Positions 1-10,083 are shown, numbered from the stretch's first letter. The stretch: DNA of 64,000 nt from a bacterium (GCA_016703065.1 JADJCU010000001.1:296526-360525), one strand, 5' to 3'. Translations and numbers: made by a program. The notes: generated from the sequence alone by a model not told the origin.

Positions 1-1050
1 CTGATTCGCACCGAAGAGGGTAACCGCTACCTTGTCAGGCTTGGAACAGGATACGACAAGGAAGAAGGCATGCACGTGTCCGGCAAGCTGACCGATCTCA
101 ATTTCTTCGGTCGCGGTCGCCGTTTCACGATGGACGTCTCGGCCTCCGACATTCTCGACGACACGCTCGCGGCGAGTCGCGGATTGCTGAACGACGAACG
201 CTTCATTGACCGCCGGGTCGGCTTTACGCTCTTCTGGCCGCACACGCCGCTCAATTCCACGGACATCTCCATCAAGCCGTCATGGGAATATGAGTTCAAG
301 GCCGGTACGATTATCCGCACCCAGTCGGCGACCACCCGACTCTCCGCACTCCCGCTGCCCAAAGTCGCTGCGTCCTTCGCCAATGAATTCGGCCGACAGG
401 ATGTGCTCGTTGACACCACCAACGCCGAAAACGTCGTGAGCACGATTTCTATCGAGACCATTGATCTCGCCTGGGACACCCGCGACAATCCCCTCGTCCC
501 CCGGCGCGGACATATGCTGAGTGCCACCTTCTCAGAATCCGGCGCGTTGTGGTCTCTGGAAAACCGCTGGTGGCGCGCCCAGTTCGCAGGGCGGGTGCTC
601 GTTCCGATAAACCAGTTCACAGTCTTTGCGATGCGCGGTGCCTTCGGCCTGATGGGACCACTCCATCAGTCTGCAGAAACCCCCGTGCAGGAGCGTCTCC
701 GGCTCGGTGGCGTCACCAATGTTCGAGGCTGGGGAAGAGACCTGCTCGCGCCGCGCGCCGATGACGACCAATCCATCGTGCTCGGAGGCGATCAGAGCGC
801 GTTCGCATCATTTGAAGTGCAACGCGATGTCTGGGGACCCGTCGGCCTCATTGTTTTCTCGGATTTGGGAAATGTGTGGACGAAAGCGCGCGAAACCCGC
901 TTGGATGATCTCTACACCACCGCCGGAGCCGGTCTGCGCTTTCTTACCCTTATCGGTCCGATTCGTCTTGACTTCGGCTATCAGCTGCGCCAGAATCCAT
1001 ACGGTGACAAACCGTGGGCTTATCATATCTTGCTCGGATCGGCCTTCTGA
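1..1050 (+). CDS. Omp85/BamA-TamA family outer-membrane protein, C-terminal beta-barrel part (5' end outside window)
   Basis: Frame 1 is open from nt 1; the listed ORF 70..1050 is only its first in-window ATG. The sequence is Gly/aromatic-rich and alternating, typical of surface-antigen (D15) barrels, and ends '...HILLGSAF' (aromatic C-terminus). Its TGA overlaps the ATG of the next gene (ATGA, 1048-1052). Confidence 0.7.
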   Translation: MIRTEEGNRYLVRLGTGYDKEEGMHVSGKLTDLNFFGRGRRFTMDVSASDILDDTLAASRGLLNDERFIDRRVGFTLFWPHTPLNSTDISIKPSWEYEFKAGTIIRTQSATTRLSALPLPKVAASFANEFGRQDVLVDTTNAENVVSTISIETIDLAWDTRDNPLVPRRGHMLSATFSESGALWSLENRWWRAQFAGRVLVPINQFTVFAMRGAFGLMGPLHQSAETPVQERLRLGGVTNVRGWGRDLLAPRADDDQSIVLGGDQSAFASFEVQRDVWGPVGLIVFSDLGNVWTKARETRLDDLYTTAGAGLRFLTLIGPIRLDFGYQLRQNPYGDKPWAYHILLGSAF

Positions 1051-4000
1051 TGCTGCGCGCTCTGACAAGACTGCTGCTCTGGCCGTTAGCCCTCGTCGCT
1101 GCGCTTCTCGCCAGCGCGTTCTTCCTGATTCAGCAGGAACCGGTGCAGCAGTATGTCGTCAAACACGCACTCACCATTCTCAATCGAAAGATCGCCGGCT
1201 CGCTTGAAATCAGCCACGCGGCTCTCCTGCTCGATGGACGCGTCTCCGCCTCGGATGTAGTCATACGTGACGGACTCGGAAACAAAATAGTCTCGGCCGA
1301 TCGTGTCCGCGGATGGATCGCGCCGTGGGATATCGCCCGCGGCAAGATTCACCTGCTCTCCGCCACCGTAGAGGGCCTGCGGGGCGAACTCAATTTTGAT
1401 TCCACCGGAAATTCGCTCGCCGCAGCCTTCGCTGCTCAATCTGCCAAACCCGATACGGCAACCAAGCCGCTTTGGATCCGCCTCGACAGAGTCGCCCTTG
1501 ACATCGATTCGCTCACGGTAAGAGTTGACACGTCCTTCACTCACGTCCTCCGCGATTGCGGCATTCACGCCGATTTGTTGGTCACCGACTCGGTCATTAC
1601 CTACGAAACCGCTGTCACCGCCGCCGCGCAATTCACGCTCCAAAGCGAAGGCGTCATCAGACCCTACTCAGATACGCTTTTCGCAGGTGACGTAACGCTC
1701 GAATGCGGCTCTCCCTACATCGCTGCGGCTTGGGCGACCGCGATGCCTGATCTCGGCGCAATCAGGCTATTCGCACAGGGCGACGTCCGTAAGAGCGACC
1801 TCGCTGCGGTCTTCCGCCTCGATGTCGAACATGTCGGCAAAATCAATGGCGATCTTGAAATTCTTGATTACGCCGGGCAGGCCCGCGCTTCCCTCGGCGC
1901 GCAATTCACCGAGTTAAGCCTCGCGCATTGGATCGGCGATTCGATTGCCCACAGCTTCAGCGGCCGCGCCGCACTCACCAAGACTAAGTCACCGTCATGG
2001 ATGCATGATTGGCTCGCCCGAATTGAACTCGACAGCTCGCACTACGGCGATATTCAAGCCGCCACTGATCTCGAAGCGGAACTCTACGAATCATCCGCCT
2101 TTCTCGCGGGCGCAATCCGCACCAGCGCCGGCACCTTCAATGTGCGCGTGAATAGCGATGGCCTCGAACCCGATTCGATTGCGCTCTTTGGAACCGCTTC
2201 GCTCGAGCAGGCCAATCTCCATGCGTTCGTTCCGGCAATGCCCGATTCGCTCTCGCCGCTTTCGGGCGATGTCGACTTCTATTTCGAACGGCAACCCGCG
2301 CGCGAGCCGCTCGTCGACGTAAGAATGACTCTCGGAACCGTCGCGCTTGGCCGCTATGCTCTGGACTCGCTCGCCTTCCATGCCAATGTGCGGGGCACGG
2401 CGTTCACTCTCGATTCCACGCGCATTCGCCTCGGCTCCGCTTCCGCGCTCCTGTTCGCTAAAGGAGATTACGCCGACAGCATCCGCGCGACCTTCACCGC
2501 CGATATTCCGCGTGTGCACGACTTTCGTGATCTCATGGGCTCGTTCGCGCCCGCGCTTGATTCACTGCGCGGAGACCTGGAGATCGACGCGTCCGCAACG
2601 CTTACCTTTCAAGGCGACTCCCTTCACGATGTCACTGCTCAGGGAATCGTGTCAAGCTCAGAGCTCGGGTACGGCGACTATCGTCTCTTCAACTCCGACC
2701 TCGCCGTTGATGAGCTGAACCTCGAAACGGAGACCCTTCACGCGAAGCTCTCTGCCGATTCGGCCCACGCTTTTGACGAGACCATTCAGCCGCTTACCCT
2801 TACGCTCGACGGCGGATGGTACGACCCGCTATTCTCCTGTACGTTCTCCGCCCGCCACGACACCGTGCGGGCGGCGGCGGCCGGGTCGTTCTCTTATGCA
2901 GAGTCGCCGATGCAGCTTATCATCGAGTCGCTCGCACTGAACGTGTTCGGCACCACGTGGTCCAATGACTATCCGATTGAGTTCGCCCTCGATAGCACGC
3001 ATTATGAAGTCGCTGCCCTTGTTCTCCGTTCCGATTTCGGCGTCCTTCGTGCCACAGGCTATGTTGAAAATCCCGGAAAACAGGACCTCGTCCTCGAGTT
3101 CTCCGGACTGCAAACCGGCAAACTGGTGCCGCTCCTGCGCACCGACATTCCCGATGGCAATCTCAACTTGCGCGTCCAGCTCTCCGGCCCCGATTCCGCT
3201 ATGGCGGGCCGCATCGAGCTCGCACTCGACAGCCTTGCCTACAAGAATGATCTGCTCGCCGACCGGATTACGATTAGCGCCGATTTTACTGATCGCCACA
3301 CGATGGATGCCGCTGCGCTCTATCTCTGGTATGGTGACACCGCCATCGTCGCCTCGGCCTCCGTGCCGGCGTTGCTCTCTATGCAAGACGGATTAACCGT
3401 TCCGGAGGGCGACGATCTCTCAGGCACTCTTCTCGTCGATTCACTTCCGCTGGGCAGGTTCAGTCCGTGGCTCGCTGCCGGAACTGTCGTGGACGGTTAC
3501 CTTACTTCCGATCTAAGCCTCTCCGGAAGCGCGCGCAAACCCAATTGGTCAGGCAGTATCAACCTGCACGACGGCTTCTATCGCGACACGCGCTACGGCA
3601 TTGCCTACAAATGGATCGTGCTTGACGCCGCGCTCGTCCGCGACTCACTCCGCATCAATACCTTTCGCGCCACCAGCCGCGGAACCCTCACTGGATCAGG
3701 CTTCGCGCGGCTCGGAGTCCCGTGGCCCGAAGAGCTCTCGCTCGACCTCAAGTTCGATCAGTTTGAAGCCGTCTCTTCGCGAATTCAAAAGGCGCGCCTC
3801 GATGGCATGCTCACTGTGACAGGCCCCTTTGATTCGCTTCACGCCGCCGGTAATCTCACGATCACCGAAGGACTCTACCGGATCACGCAATCCGCAACCA
3901 AGACCATTGAACCGATCAATATGGATAGCGTGCTGGCCGAACTGCGTGGCGATTCCCTCGAGCAGGGTTTCAATCCCGATGCATTCTATTTGTCGATGGG

Positions 4001-4736
4001 GCACGACGTCACCGTGTCCATTCCCGGAAATTTCTGGATTCGCGGCAGCGGACTTAACACTGAACTTTCCGGTAATCTGAAGCTCGAAAAGGACGCCTAT
4101 CAAGACCCGACCGCGAACGGTAAAATCGCGATCCGCAAAGGAACGGTGAAGTTTTACGGACAGGAACTGAGTATTCAGGACAACTCTACCTTGAGCTTCG
4201 ATGGCCCCGTTGGTGAACCTGATCTCGATATCACCGCTATCTATACCGGCATTGAACGGGCGCGCGGTCCCTTCGACGTCACCGTGCATCTAACCGGCAC
4301 ACCGGATAACTCCGCTGCAGCGTTCAGCGGAAAGTTCGCTAACGGCGCGGTCATGTCTGAAGACGAAGCCGTGCAAAGGCTCTTGCCCTTCATCGGCAAT
4401 ACGGGCGGAACCGCCGAACAGGCCGTCGCCGAAGCGGCAAGCGGACAAGTCTCTGACATTGTCAGCAAAGCCTCCGGTCTTGATGTCTTCGAATTTCGCC
4501 CCGGCGAAGAAGGCTTGAACGATCTGTCAACCGGTCAGCTCGAGATCGGAACCTATGTCACAGACAGGTTGTTCATTCGAGTGTATCAACCCGTGGACGA
4601 CATTCGCGCCGGGCAAAAAGTTTCGGTGGACTACCGCCTGCTCGATTGGATGAAATTCACTGCCGAGCAAACATCCGCCAAAAAAGAGGACACCGGCACC
4701 TCCTTTACGATCTACATGCAATTCGAGTGGCGCTGA
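1050..4736 (+). CDS. TamB-like translocation and assembly module protein (AsmA-like, DUF490-type C-terminus)
   Basis: Large ORF with an N-terminal membrane anchor (LLLWPLALVAALLASAFFLI) and a long beta-rich repetitive body. The C-terminus '..GQLEIGTYVTDRLFIRVYQPVDD..VSVDYRLLDWMKFTAEQTS' is typical of TamB/DUF490. It is flanked by Omp85 genes. The start could be GTG 1014 or ATG 1050; 1050 is preferred because of the stop/start overlap. Confidence 0.8.
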   Translation: MLRALTRLLLWPLALVAALLASAFFLIQQEPVQQYVVKHALTILNRKIAGSLEISHAALLLDGRVSASDVVIRDGLGNKIVSADRVRGWIAPWDIARGKIHLLSATVEGLRGELNFDSTGNSLAAAFAAQSAKPDTATKPLWIRLDRVALDIDSLTVRVDTSFTHVLRDCGIHADLLVTDSVITYETAVTAAAQFTLQSEGVIRPYSDTLFAGDVTLECGSPYIAAAWATAMPDLGAIRLFAQGDVRKSDLAAVFRLDVEHVGKINGDLEILDYAGQARASLGAQFTELSLAHWIGDSIAHSFSGRAALTKTKSPSWMHDWLARIELDSSHYGDIQAATDLEAELYESSAFLAGAIRTSAGTFNVRVNSDGLEPDSIALFGTASLEQANLHAFVPAMPDSLSPLSGDVDFYFERQPAREPLVDVRMTLGTVALGRYALDSLAFHANVRGTAFTLDSTRIRLGSASALLFAKGDYADSIRATFTADIPRVHDFRDLMGSFAPALDSLRGDLEIDASATLTFQGDSLHDVTAQGIVSSSELGYGDYRLFNSDLAVDELNLETETLHAKLSADSAHAFDETIQPLTLTLDGGWYDPLFSCTFSARHDTVRAAAAGSFSYAESPMQLIIESLALNVFGTTWSNDYPIEFALDSTHYEVAALVLRSDFGVLRATGYVENPGKQDLVLEFSGLQTGKLVPLLRTDIPDGNLNLRVQLSGPDSAMAGRIELALDSLAYKNDLLADRITISADFTDRHTMDAAALYLWYGDTAIVASASVPALLSMQDGLTVPEGDDLSGTLLVDSLPLGRFSPWLAAGTVVDGYLTSDLSLSGSARKPNWSGSINLHDGFYRDTRYGIAYKWIVLDAALVRDSLRINTFRATSRGTLTGSGFARLGVPWPEELSLDLKFDQFEAVSSRIQKARLDGMLTVTGPFDSLHAAGNLTITEGLYRITQSATKTIEPINMDSVLAELRGDSLEQGFNPDAFYLSMGHDVTVSIPGNFWIRGSGLNTELSGNLKLEKDAYQDPTANGKIAIRKGTVKFYGQELSIQDNSTLSFDGPVGEPDLDITAIYTGIERARGPFDVTVHLTGTPDNSAAAFSGKFANGAVMSEDEAVQRLLPFIGNTGGTAEQAVAEAASGQVSDIVSKASGLDVFEFRPGEEGLNDLSTGQLEIGTYVTDRLFIRVYQPVDDIRAGQKVSVDYRLLDWMKFTAEQTSAKKEDTGTSFTIYMQFEWR

Positions 4737-6007
4737 TGTTATTCCTCTATCTACTCTTCCTTGCCGCACCGCTCTTCGCCGCTCCGGAATTGCGCTTTCA
4801 GGTCGCCGAAATCTCCTTGATCGGCAACCACGTCACCAAACCGTGGGTTATTGAGCGCGAACTGCATTTCGACGTTGAAGACAGCGTCTCGGTTGACGAT
4901 CTTGAGGCCGCGCGCCTCCGGCTGCTGTCGCTTGGCATCTTCAACAATGTCCGCGTTGACCACGACGAGGAAGGCGCCGTTACGGTCGAAGTCTCGGAGC
5001 AGTTCCGTTTCATTCCCGTCTTTGGCGCTGATGCCGTCGAAGGTTCCTTCAACGACGCGTTGAAAGAGCCCAAACGCCTGATGGAGATTATCGTCTTCAC
5101 TGTCGGCGTTGCCGATCTCAATCACACGGGTGCGGCGGCCACCGTGAACGTGCTCGGTGAATTCGGCGCCCGCTCAGGTGTCAGCGTGGACTATCGGACC
5201 CGCTGGCTTGCGCAGCGAATGCCCTACTACCTTGGTTTCGGTCTTCGTTCACTTCGCATTTCCGATCGTCACGCCGCAGTCTTGGGCGTTTCGCGTAAAC
5301 TGCGCAATGACCGCGCCTACCTCGAGTTTGCGACGCGAAGCGGCGCGCCCTCACGACTCGGCCTCGCGCTGCGCTACGATCATGTCAAGGAAGAAGACCG
5401 CGCTCCCGCCGACGGGAATGAGTATCACACCGCGTGGGCGAATCCGTATATTGTCTTTGACCGCCGAAACCTCGAATGGTATCCCACGGATGGAGTCTTC
5501 GTGCGCGGCGATCTCGATCAGGCCTTCGGCACGATCCCATTCACGCGCTCCCGGGCCGTTGCCGCGGCGTATCTGCCGTTGGTCCACTGTTCGAGGGGAC
5601 CTGCCGTCGCCGCACGCGCCTATGGCGGCACGACACAAGACAAGACTCCGCCCTGGGCGCGCTACTACTTCGGCTTCGGCGAAAAATTCCGCGGCTATTC
5701 GAGTGTCAAAACCGAGGCCGCAAACTACCTTGCCGCCGAGTGCGAGCTGCGTTTTCCGATCACTCGCGAAATCACCTATGATGTCCCACTCGTCGGGCGC
5801 TACGGACAAGACATTCCCTTCTGGCTCGGCGGCTCACTCTTCATGCAGCGCGCGCAAACTCAGATTGACGGCACACGCACCGATATGTGGGCCTATGGCG
5901 CCGCGCTGCACATCCGCTTTCCCTATGTGCAGATTCTCGAAGCCAGCATCGCCCGCAACCGCGATGACGACCTTGATCTCGTGTTCTCAACCGGACTGCG
6001 ATTCTAA
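4736..6007 (+). CDS. Omp85-family outer-membrane protein with N-terminal POTRA domain
   Basis: ATG 4736 overlaps the TamB-like stop (TGATG). It has a signal peptide (MLFLYLLFLAAPLFAAPE) and a POTRA-like segment 'ISLIGNHVTKPWVIERELHF..LEAARLRLLSLGIFNNVRV'. The beta-barrel-like remainder ends '...VFSTGLRF'. Confidence 0.7.
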   Translation: MLFLYLLFLAAPLFAAPELRFQVAEISLIGNHVTKPWVIERELHFDVEDSVSVDDLEAARLRLLSLGIFNNVRVDHDEEGAVTVEVSEQFRFIPVFGADAVEGSFNDALKEPKRLMEIIVFTVGVADLNHTGAAATVNVLGEFGARSGVSVDYRTRWLAQRMPYYLGFGLRSLRISDRHAAVLGVSRKLRNDRAYLEFATRSGAPSRLGLALRYDHVKEEDRAPADGNEYHTAWANPYIVFDRRNLEWYPTDGVFVRGDLDQAFGTIPFTRSRAVAAAYLPLVHCSRGPAVAARAYGGTTQDKTPPWARYYFGFGEKFRGYSSVKTEAANYLAAECELRFPITREITYDVPLVGRYGQDIPFWLGGSLFMQRAQTQIDGTRTDMWAYGAALHIRFPYVQILEASIARNRDDDLDLVFSTGLRF

Positions 6008-6009
6008 TC

Positions 6010-7011
6010 TTGTATTCGCTCCTTAAGCCGATATTTTTCTCCCGAGACCCGGAAGAGGTGCACGAGCACGTCTTGCGAAGACTGGAACGCAGCTCGGCCT
6101 CGCGGTGGCAATTGGCCTTGCTGCGCGCGTTCGCAGGCGCCTGTCCTTCACAACCCGTCTCGGCATTGGGCCGCACCTTTCCACATCCTCTCGGCCTCGC
6201 CGCAGGCTTTGACAAAGATGCGCGCGCCATTCCTGCGCTCTGCGCACTCAATTTCGCCTTTGTTGAAATTGGCACAGTCACGCCGCTGCCGCAGCCGGGA
6301 AACGAGAAACCGCGCATCTGGCGCTTCCCCGAAGCCAATGCGCTCGTCAATGCGCTCGGCTTTCCCGGCGAAGGCATGCACGCGGTTAGACAGCGGCTCA
6401 CCATGCTCCGCGAACGTCATGCGCCGACTCGTCCCGTCGGCATAAATCTCGGCAAGAACGCCGTCACGCCGCTCGAACGAGCGGGAGACGACTATCAGGC
6501 TGTGCTGCGTGAACTGCTTGAACTCGGCGATTATTTTGTCGTCAACGTCTCTTCGCCCAACACTCCCGGTCTGCGTACTCTGCAAGAGCCAGACTCGTTG
6601 CGCAAACTGCTCGGTCCATTGCAGTCCATTACCGCACGCAAGCGCCCGCTGCTGCTCAAAGTCGCTCCCGATCTGGCCGACGAAGATCTGAACGTCGCCG
6701 CGCGAGTCGTCAATGAACTTGGTCTCGCGGGCATCGTCTCGGCCAACACCAGCGTTCGTCGCGCACTTGTGCCTGCTGCCGCATCGCTTCAGCGCGGCGG
6801 GCTCTCCGGCGCACCCATCTACCCGAGGATGCTCGAATGTCTGCGCCTGCTTAAATCTGAACTCAATTCAACGCGAATCGTCATCGCCGCCGGAGGAATT
6901 GACTCCGCTGCACGCGCCCGAGAAACGCTCGCTGCCGGCGCCGCGTTGCTGCAGGTTTACACAGCATTCATTTACCACGGTCCAAGGGTCGTAAGCAACC
7001 TGATCCGATGA
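6010..7011 (+). CDS. pyrD: dihydroorotate dehydrogenase (quinone), class 2
   Basis: Full-length match to the PyrD pattern: 'GLAAGFDK', 'FVEIGTVTPLPQPGN', 'NALGFPGEG', 'NVSSPNTPGLRTLQ', 'GGLSGAPI', 'IAAGGIDS'. Confidence 0.9.
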   Translation: MYSLLKPIFFSRDPEEVHEHVLRRLERSSASRWQLALLRAFAGACPSQPVSALGRTFPHPLGLAAGFDKDARAIPALCALNFAFVEIGTVTPLPQPGNEKPRIWRFPEANALVNALGFPGEGMHAVRQRLTMLRERHAPTRPVGINLGKNAVTPLERAGDDYQAVLRELLELGDYFVVNVSSPNTPGLRTLQEPDSLRKLLGPLQSITARKRPLLLKVAPDLADEDLNVAARVVNELGLAGIVSANTSVRRALVPAAASLQRGGLSGAPIYPRMLECLRLLKSELNSTRIVIAAGGIDSAARARETLAAGAALLQVYTAFIYHGPRVVSNLIR

Positions 7012-7517
7012 AACTGCTGCTCTATTTACTGTGTTCGGCGCTCGGGCTGGGCTGCTCCAAACCTGATCATTCCGCCCCCGGCGTCCAGACACTGCGCACT
7101 GTCTCCCGCGACGATTCACTCTTTCTCGCGGAAGACCTCACCGAGTGGGGCTTTGACTTCTATTCCTATGAGCAATGGGACTCCGGTCTGGTCAAGTTTA
7201 ATCTTGCGCTGTCGTACGACTCGACTAACTCTCAAGCCTGGCACGGCCGTGCGCTAATGCTCGACACCCTGCATTTTGAGCAGGATGCCGAGTTCGCCTA
7301 CCGACAAGCAGAGAAGTTAAACCCGCGCAATAAGCAGGCAATCTGGCACCTGGGCTGTTTTTATGCCCGCGCCGGCGAAAAGGACAAGGCGCTCCGGCAG
7401 CTCCGCACCGTCATTGCCCTCGACTCTTCTTATGCCATCGGCGTTCGCACCGAAGACTGTTGGACGCAACTCTGGCAGGACTCAGATTTCCTCCGAACCG
7501 TTGGCGCGCTGCCTTAG
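7008..7517 (+). CDS. TPR-repeat lipoprotein
   Basis: The ATG overlaps the pyrD stop (ATGA). It has a lipoprotein signal 'MKLLLYLLCSALGLGC|S' and TPR-like helices ('AWHGRALMLDTL..AEFAYRQAEKLNPRNKQAIWHLGCFYARAGEKDKALRQL'). Confidence 0.6.
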   Translation: MKLLLYLLCSALGLGCSKPDHSAPGVQTLRTVSRDDSLFLAEDLTEWGFDFYSYEQWDSGLVKFNLALSYDSTNSQAWHGRALMLDTLHFEQDAEFAYRQAEKLNPRNKQAIWHLGCFYARAGEKDKALRQLRTVIALDSSYAIGVRTEDCWTQLWQDSDFLRTVGALP

Positions 7518-7540
7518 CGCGAATCTACTACCTCAAATCA

Positions 7541-7566
7541 AAGCCCCCGGCATCGCGCCGGGGCTT
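7541..7566. terminator. bidirectional rho-independent terminator between convergent genes
   Basis: GC hairpin AGCCCCCGG..CCGGGGCT lies between the TPR gene (+) and the pepF-like gene (-). T-rich runs follow on both strands. Confidence 0.6.
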
Positions 7567-7574
7567 TCATCTAC

Positions 7575-9494
7575 TTAGTCAAGGCCTGACGATTTCCGTT
7601 TTGCTTTCGGCTTCGTTTCCTTGGCGGCCTTCTGCTCGGCAAGCAGAACTTCAAGCTCGTCCACCAACTCGCCAAACTTCTTCATGGCCGCTACTATCGG
7701 ATCGGGAGTGGACATATCCACGCCCGCGCCCTTCAGCAGCTCCAACGGATACTTCGACGAACCGCCCGACAGGAATCCGAGGTAATCCTTGAGCTCCTGC
7801 TCGCCGCCGTTCTGAACCCGCTCCGAAAGTGCAAGCGCCGCCGACATCGATGTCGCGTACTTATACACGTAGAAGTTCGAATAGAAATGCGGTATCCGTT
7901 CCCACGTGAAGTCATACTGCGGATCAATCACAACTTCCGGTGCATAATACTCCGAAGCCACCGTCCGGTATAACTCGCTCAACGACTCTGCCGTCAACGG
8001 CTCGCCGTTCTCGTACATCCGGTGCATTCTCAATTCGAAATCCGCAAACAGCGTCTGACGAATGATTGTGCCCTGAATATTGTCGATGTACTGATTCACA
8101 TAGATCAATCGCTTCTCCGGATCCGTCTCCGTCGCAAGCAGGTAGTCCATCAACAGCGCTTCATTAAACGTTGAAGCGACTTCCGCAACGAAGATCGCGT
8201 AGTCCGCGTAAATCTGCGGCTGATACTTGTACGTGTGCCACGTGTGCATCGTGTGGCCCAATTCGTGAGCATTGGTGAACACGTCATCCAACGTGCCGTG
8301 ATAGTTCAACAGCATATATGGATGGCTCTTGTAGCTGCCCCACGAATACGCGCCGCTGCGCTTCGCAGTGGTCTCATACACGTCGACCCAGCGCTTCGAG
8401 AAGACATCTTCTACTCCGCCCATGTACTCCGGACCAAGAGGTTGAAGGGCGTTCTTAATCGTCGCGATTCCGGTCTCATAGTCCCAGTTCGGAGCTTCGC
8501 CGACGATCGGCGCGCTGAAATCGTAGAAGTGCAGTTCTTCGAGTCCAAGCGCTTCCCGGCGCAGTTTCGCGTACTTCTGCAGCGGTGCCAGATTCGCCTT
8601 TACCGTCGTAATCAAATTCAGGTACACCGTCGTGTCGACGTTGTCATTGTCTACCGCCATGTGCAGCGCCGAATTGTAACCGCGAGCGCGCGCCTGAAAG
8701 ACCTCCGCACCCACGTTTGCCGCCATCAGGCTCGCCATCGTGTTCTTGTACTTCGAATACTCGTCGTGCAGCGCGACTGCCGCGGCCCGGCGGACCTTAG
8801 GACTCCCGCTCTCCATCAAGGCGCGGTATTTTCCTTCCGTCAGCTTGATCATCTTGCCGTCGTCGCCCTTGATTTCCGGAAACTGAATATCCGTGTTTCG
8901 CAGCGCTTCGGCAGCGGTCTCGGCCTGATTGAAGACCTCATTCGACATCGACATCAGCTTCTCTTCGTCCGACGACAGCACGTAAGCCTTCTGCCGCATC
9001 TCGTTCGCGATGTATTGCTTGTAAAGGTCGAGACCCTTAACATCCTTATACCACTTCGTCAAATTCGCGTCCGTGATCGAGGTCAACTCCGGAGCGAACC
9101 ACGACAATGTCGAGCCGAACTTCGCGGTAATAACATCCGATCGGTCACGCAGCGTAATGTACTCCTCTACACGCGTGTCCAAATGGTGCGACATGTTCGC
9201 ATACGTCGTCAGATTCTCCAAGTGACCGCCGACCTCAACCGACAAATCGAGAAATGCCTTCAGGTCCTTGCCGGATTTGCCAACCTTCCCTTTAAAGGCT
9301 TCCAATTCCGGAAGCTTGCTTTCGATCCACGCGTAGTCTGCTTCCCAGGCCGCGTTGTCTGCATACATCGCAGTCAAGTCCCACTTGTACTTATCCTCAA
9401 CGTCCGTCCGCTCTAATTCCTGCGCTTTCGCGACCCACACCAGACCAAGCACTGTCATCAAAATCCCGGCAAACCTGATGGTCCATGTTCTCAT
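7575..9494 (-). CDS. pepF: M3B family oligoendopeptidase F (secreted)
   Basis: Zinc motif 'HELGHTMH' within a full-length PepF-like sequence. The start is moved to ATG 9494, which gives a signal peptide (MRTWTIRFAGILMTVLGLVWVAKA); the listed ORF start at 9584 adds 30 non-hydrophobic residues. Confidence 0.85.
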   Translation of the reverse strand: MRTWTIRFAGILMTVLGLVWVAKAQELERTDVEDKYKWDLTAMYADNAAWEADYAWIESKLPELEAFKGKVGKSGKDLKAFLDLSVEVGGHLENLTTYANMSHHLDTRVEEYITLRDRSDVITAKFGSTLSWFAPELTSITDANLTKWYKDVKGLDLYKQYIANEMRQKAYVLSSDEEKLMSMSNEVFNQAETAAEALRNTDIQFPEIKGDDGKMIKLTEGKYRALMESGSPKVRRAAAVALHDEYSKYKNTMASLMAANVGAEVFQARARGYNSALHMAVDNDNVDTTVYLNLITTVKANLAPLQKYAKLRREALGLEELHFYDFSAPIVGEAPNWDYETGIATIKNALQPLGPEYMGGVEDVFSKRWVDVYETTAKRSGAYSWGSYKSHPYMLLNYHGTLDDVFTNAHELGHTMHTWHTYKYQPQIYADYAIFVAEVASTFNEALLMDYLLATETDPEKRLIYVNQYIDNIQGTIIRQTLFADFELRMHRMYENGEPLTAESLSELYRTVASEYYAPEVVIDPQYDFTWERIPHFYSNFYVYKYATSMSAALALSERVQNGGEQELKDYLGFLSGGSSKYPLELLKGAGVDMSTPDPIVAAMKKFGELVDELEVLLAEQKAAKETKPKAKRKSSGLD

Positions 9495-9798
9495 GCCGCT
9501 CGTCTCCTCGCTTCGCTGAATATGTAATTGCTCTGCCAATATTCTAAGAGACTGAATACTAACCCCTTTGTGGCAGAGTTGCAAGCCCCAAACACAACAT
9601 TTTCTTGGCTATTCTCAAACTCATAATATTCAATACTTTTGCGTAGATAATTGAGTTTAGTTTTTCGCAGGCGCGAACCCGCAGGAAGAGGCATTGCAAA
9701 CGGGCCTTGTCAAAACTGACTGGACATGTACCTAATTTGTCCGCCACTTACCGTGTTAGAGACCCGGTACATTCATGGTTTTCTCTGTGCAACATCCC

Positions 9799-9827
9799 TT
9801 GACTCCGCACTCGCCAACCCCGATATT
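9799..9827 (+). promoter_or_regulatory. sigma-70-like promoter with no ORF behind it
   Basis: TTGACT (9799-9804), a 17-nt spacer, then GATATT (9822-9827). Confidence 0.4.
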
Positions 9828-9833
9828 CTTGCT

Positions 9834-9990
9834 GTTAGCATTCAGCCGTGCAGGCGACGAGACGGACGATTATGCAGAGACTAATGTCGCGGTATTGTGT
9901 GAGATGATTTGATAGCTTGTTTACAGCATTGCGTTTGCTCTGGCGGATGGCGGCACAAGCCCCCGGTAATACCGGGGGCTTGTTGTTTGT
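9834..9990 (+). ncRNA. candidate small RNA (~155 nt) bounded by a promoter and a strong terminator; family unknown
   Basis: It lies between the 9799-9827 promoter and a perfect 12-bp hairpin CAAGCCCCCGGT/ACCGGGGGCTTG (9956-9982) followed by TTGTTTGT. There is no ORF of 60 aa or more on this strand. The next gene (10138) has its own promoter at 10055-10083. Confidence 0.25.
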
Positions 9991-10054
9991 CGGCACCTCG
10001 TCTCCGCGCGACAGCATCAGCGTTAGAGTATAACTCCATTGACCCCCAAACACG

Positions 10055-10083
10055 TTGACTTCTCGCAACTTCTTCCCTATCTT
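10055..10083 (+). promoter_or_regulatory. sigma-70-like promoter of the 10138 gene
   Basis: TTGACT (10055-10060), a 17-nt spacer, then TATCTT (10078-10083), about 55 nt upstream of ATG 10138. Confidence 0.4.

Noticed and set aside
8235-9416. 393-aa + strand ORF inside the pepF region.
   Set aside because: It is antisense to a full-length M3 peptidase with an HEXXH motif. It has Arg/His/Leu-rich nonsense composition, no RBS and no recognisable motif.
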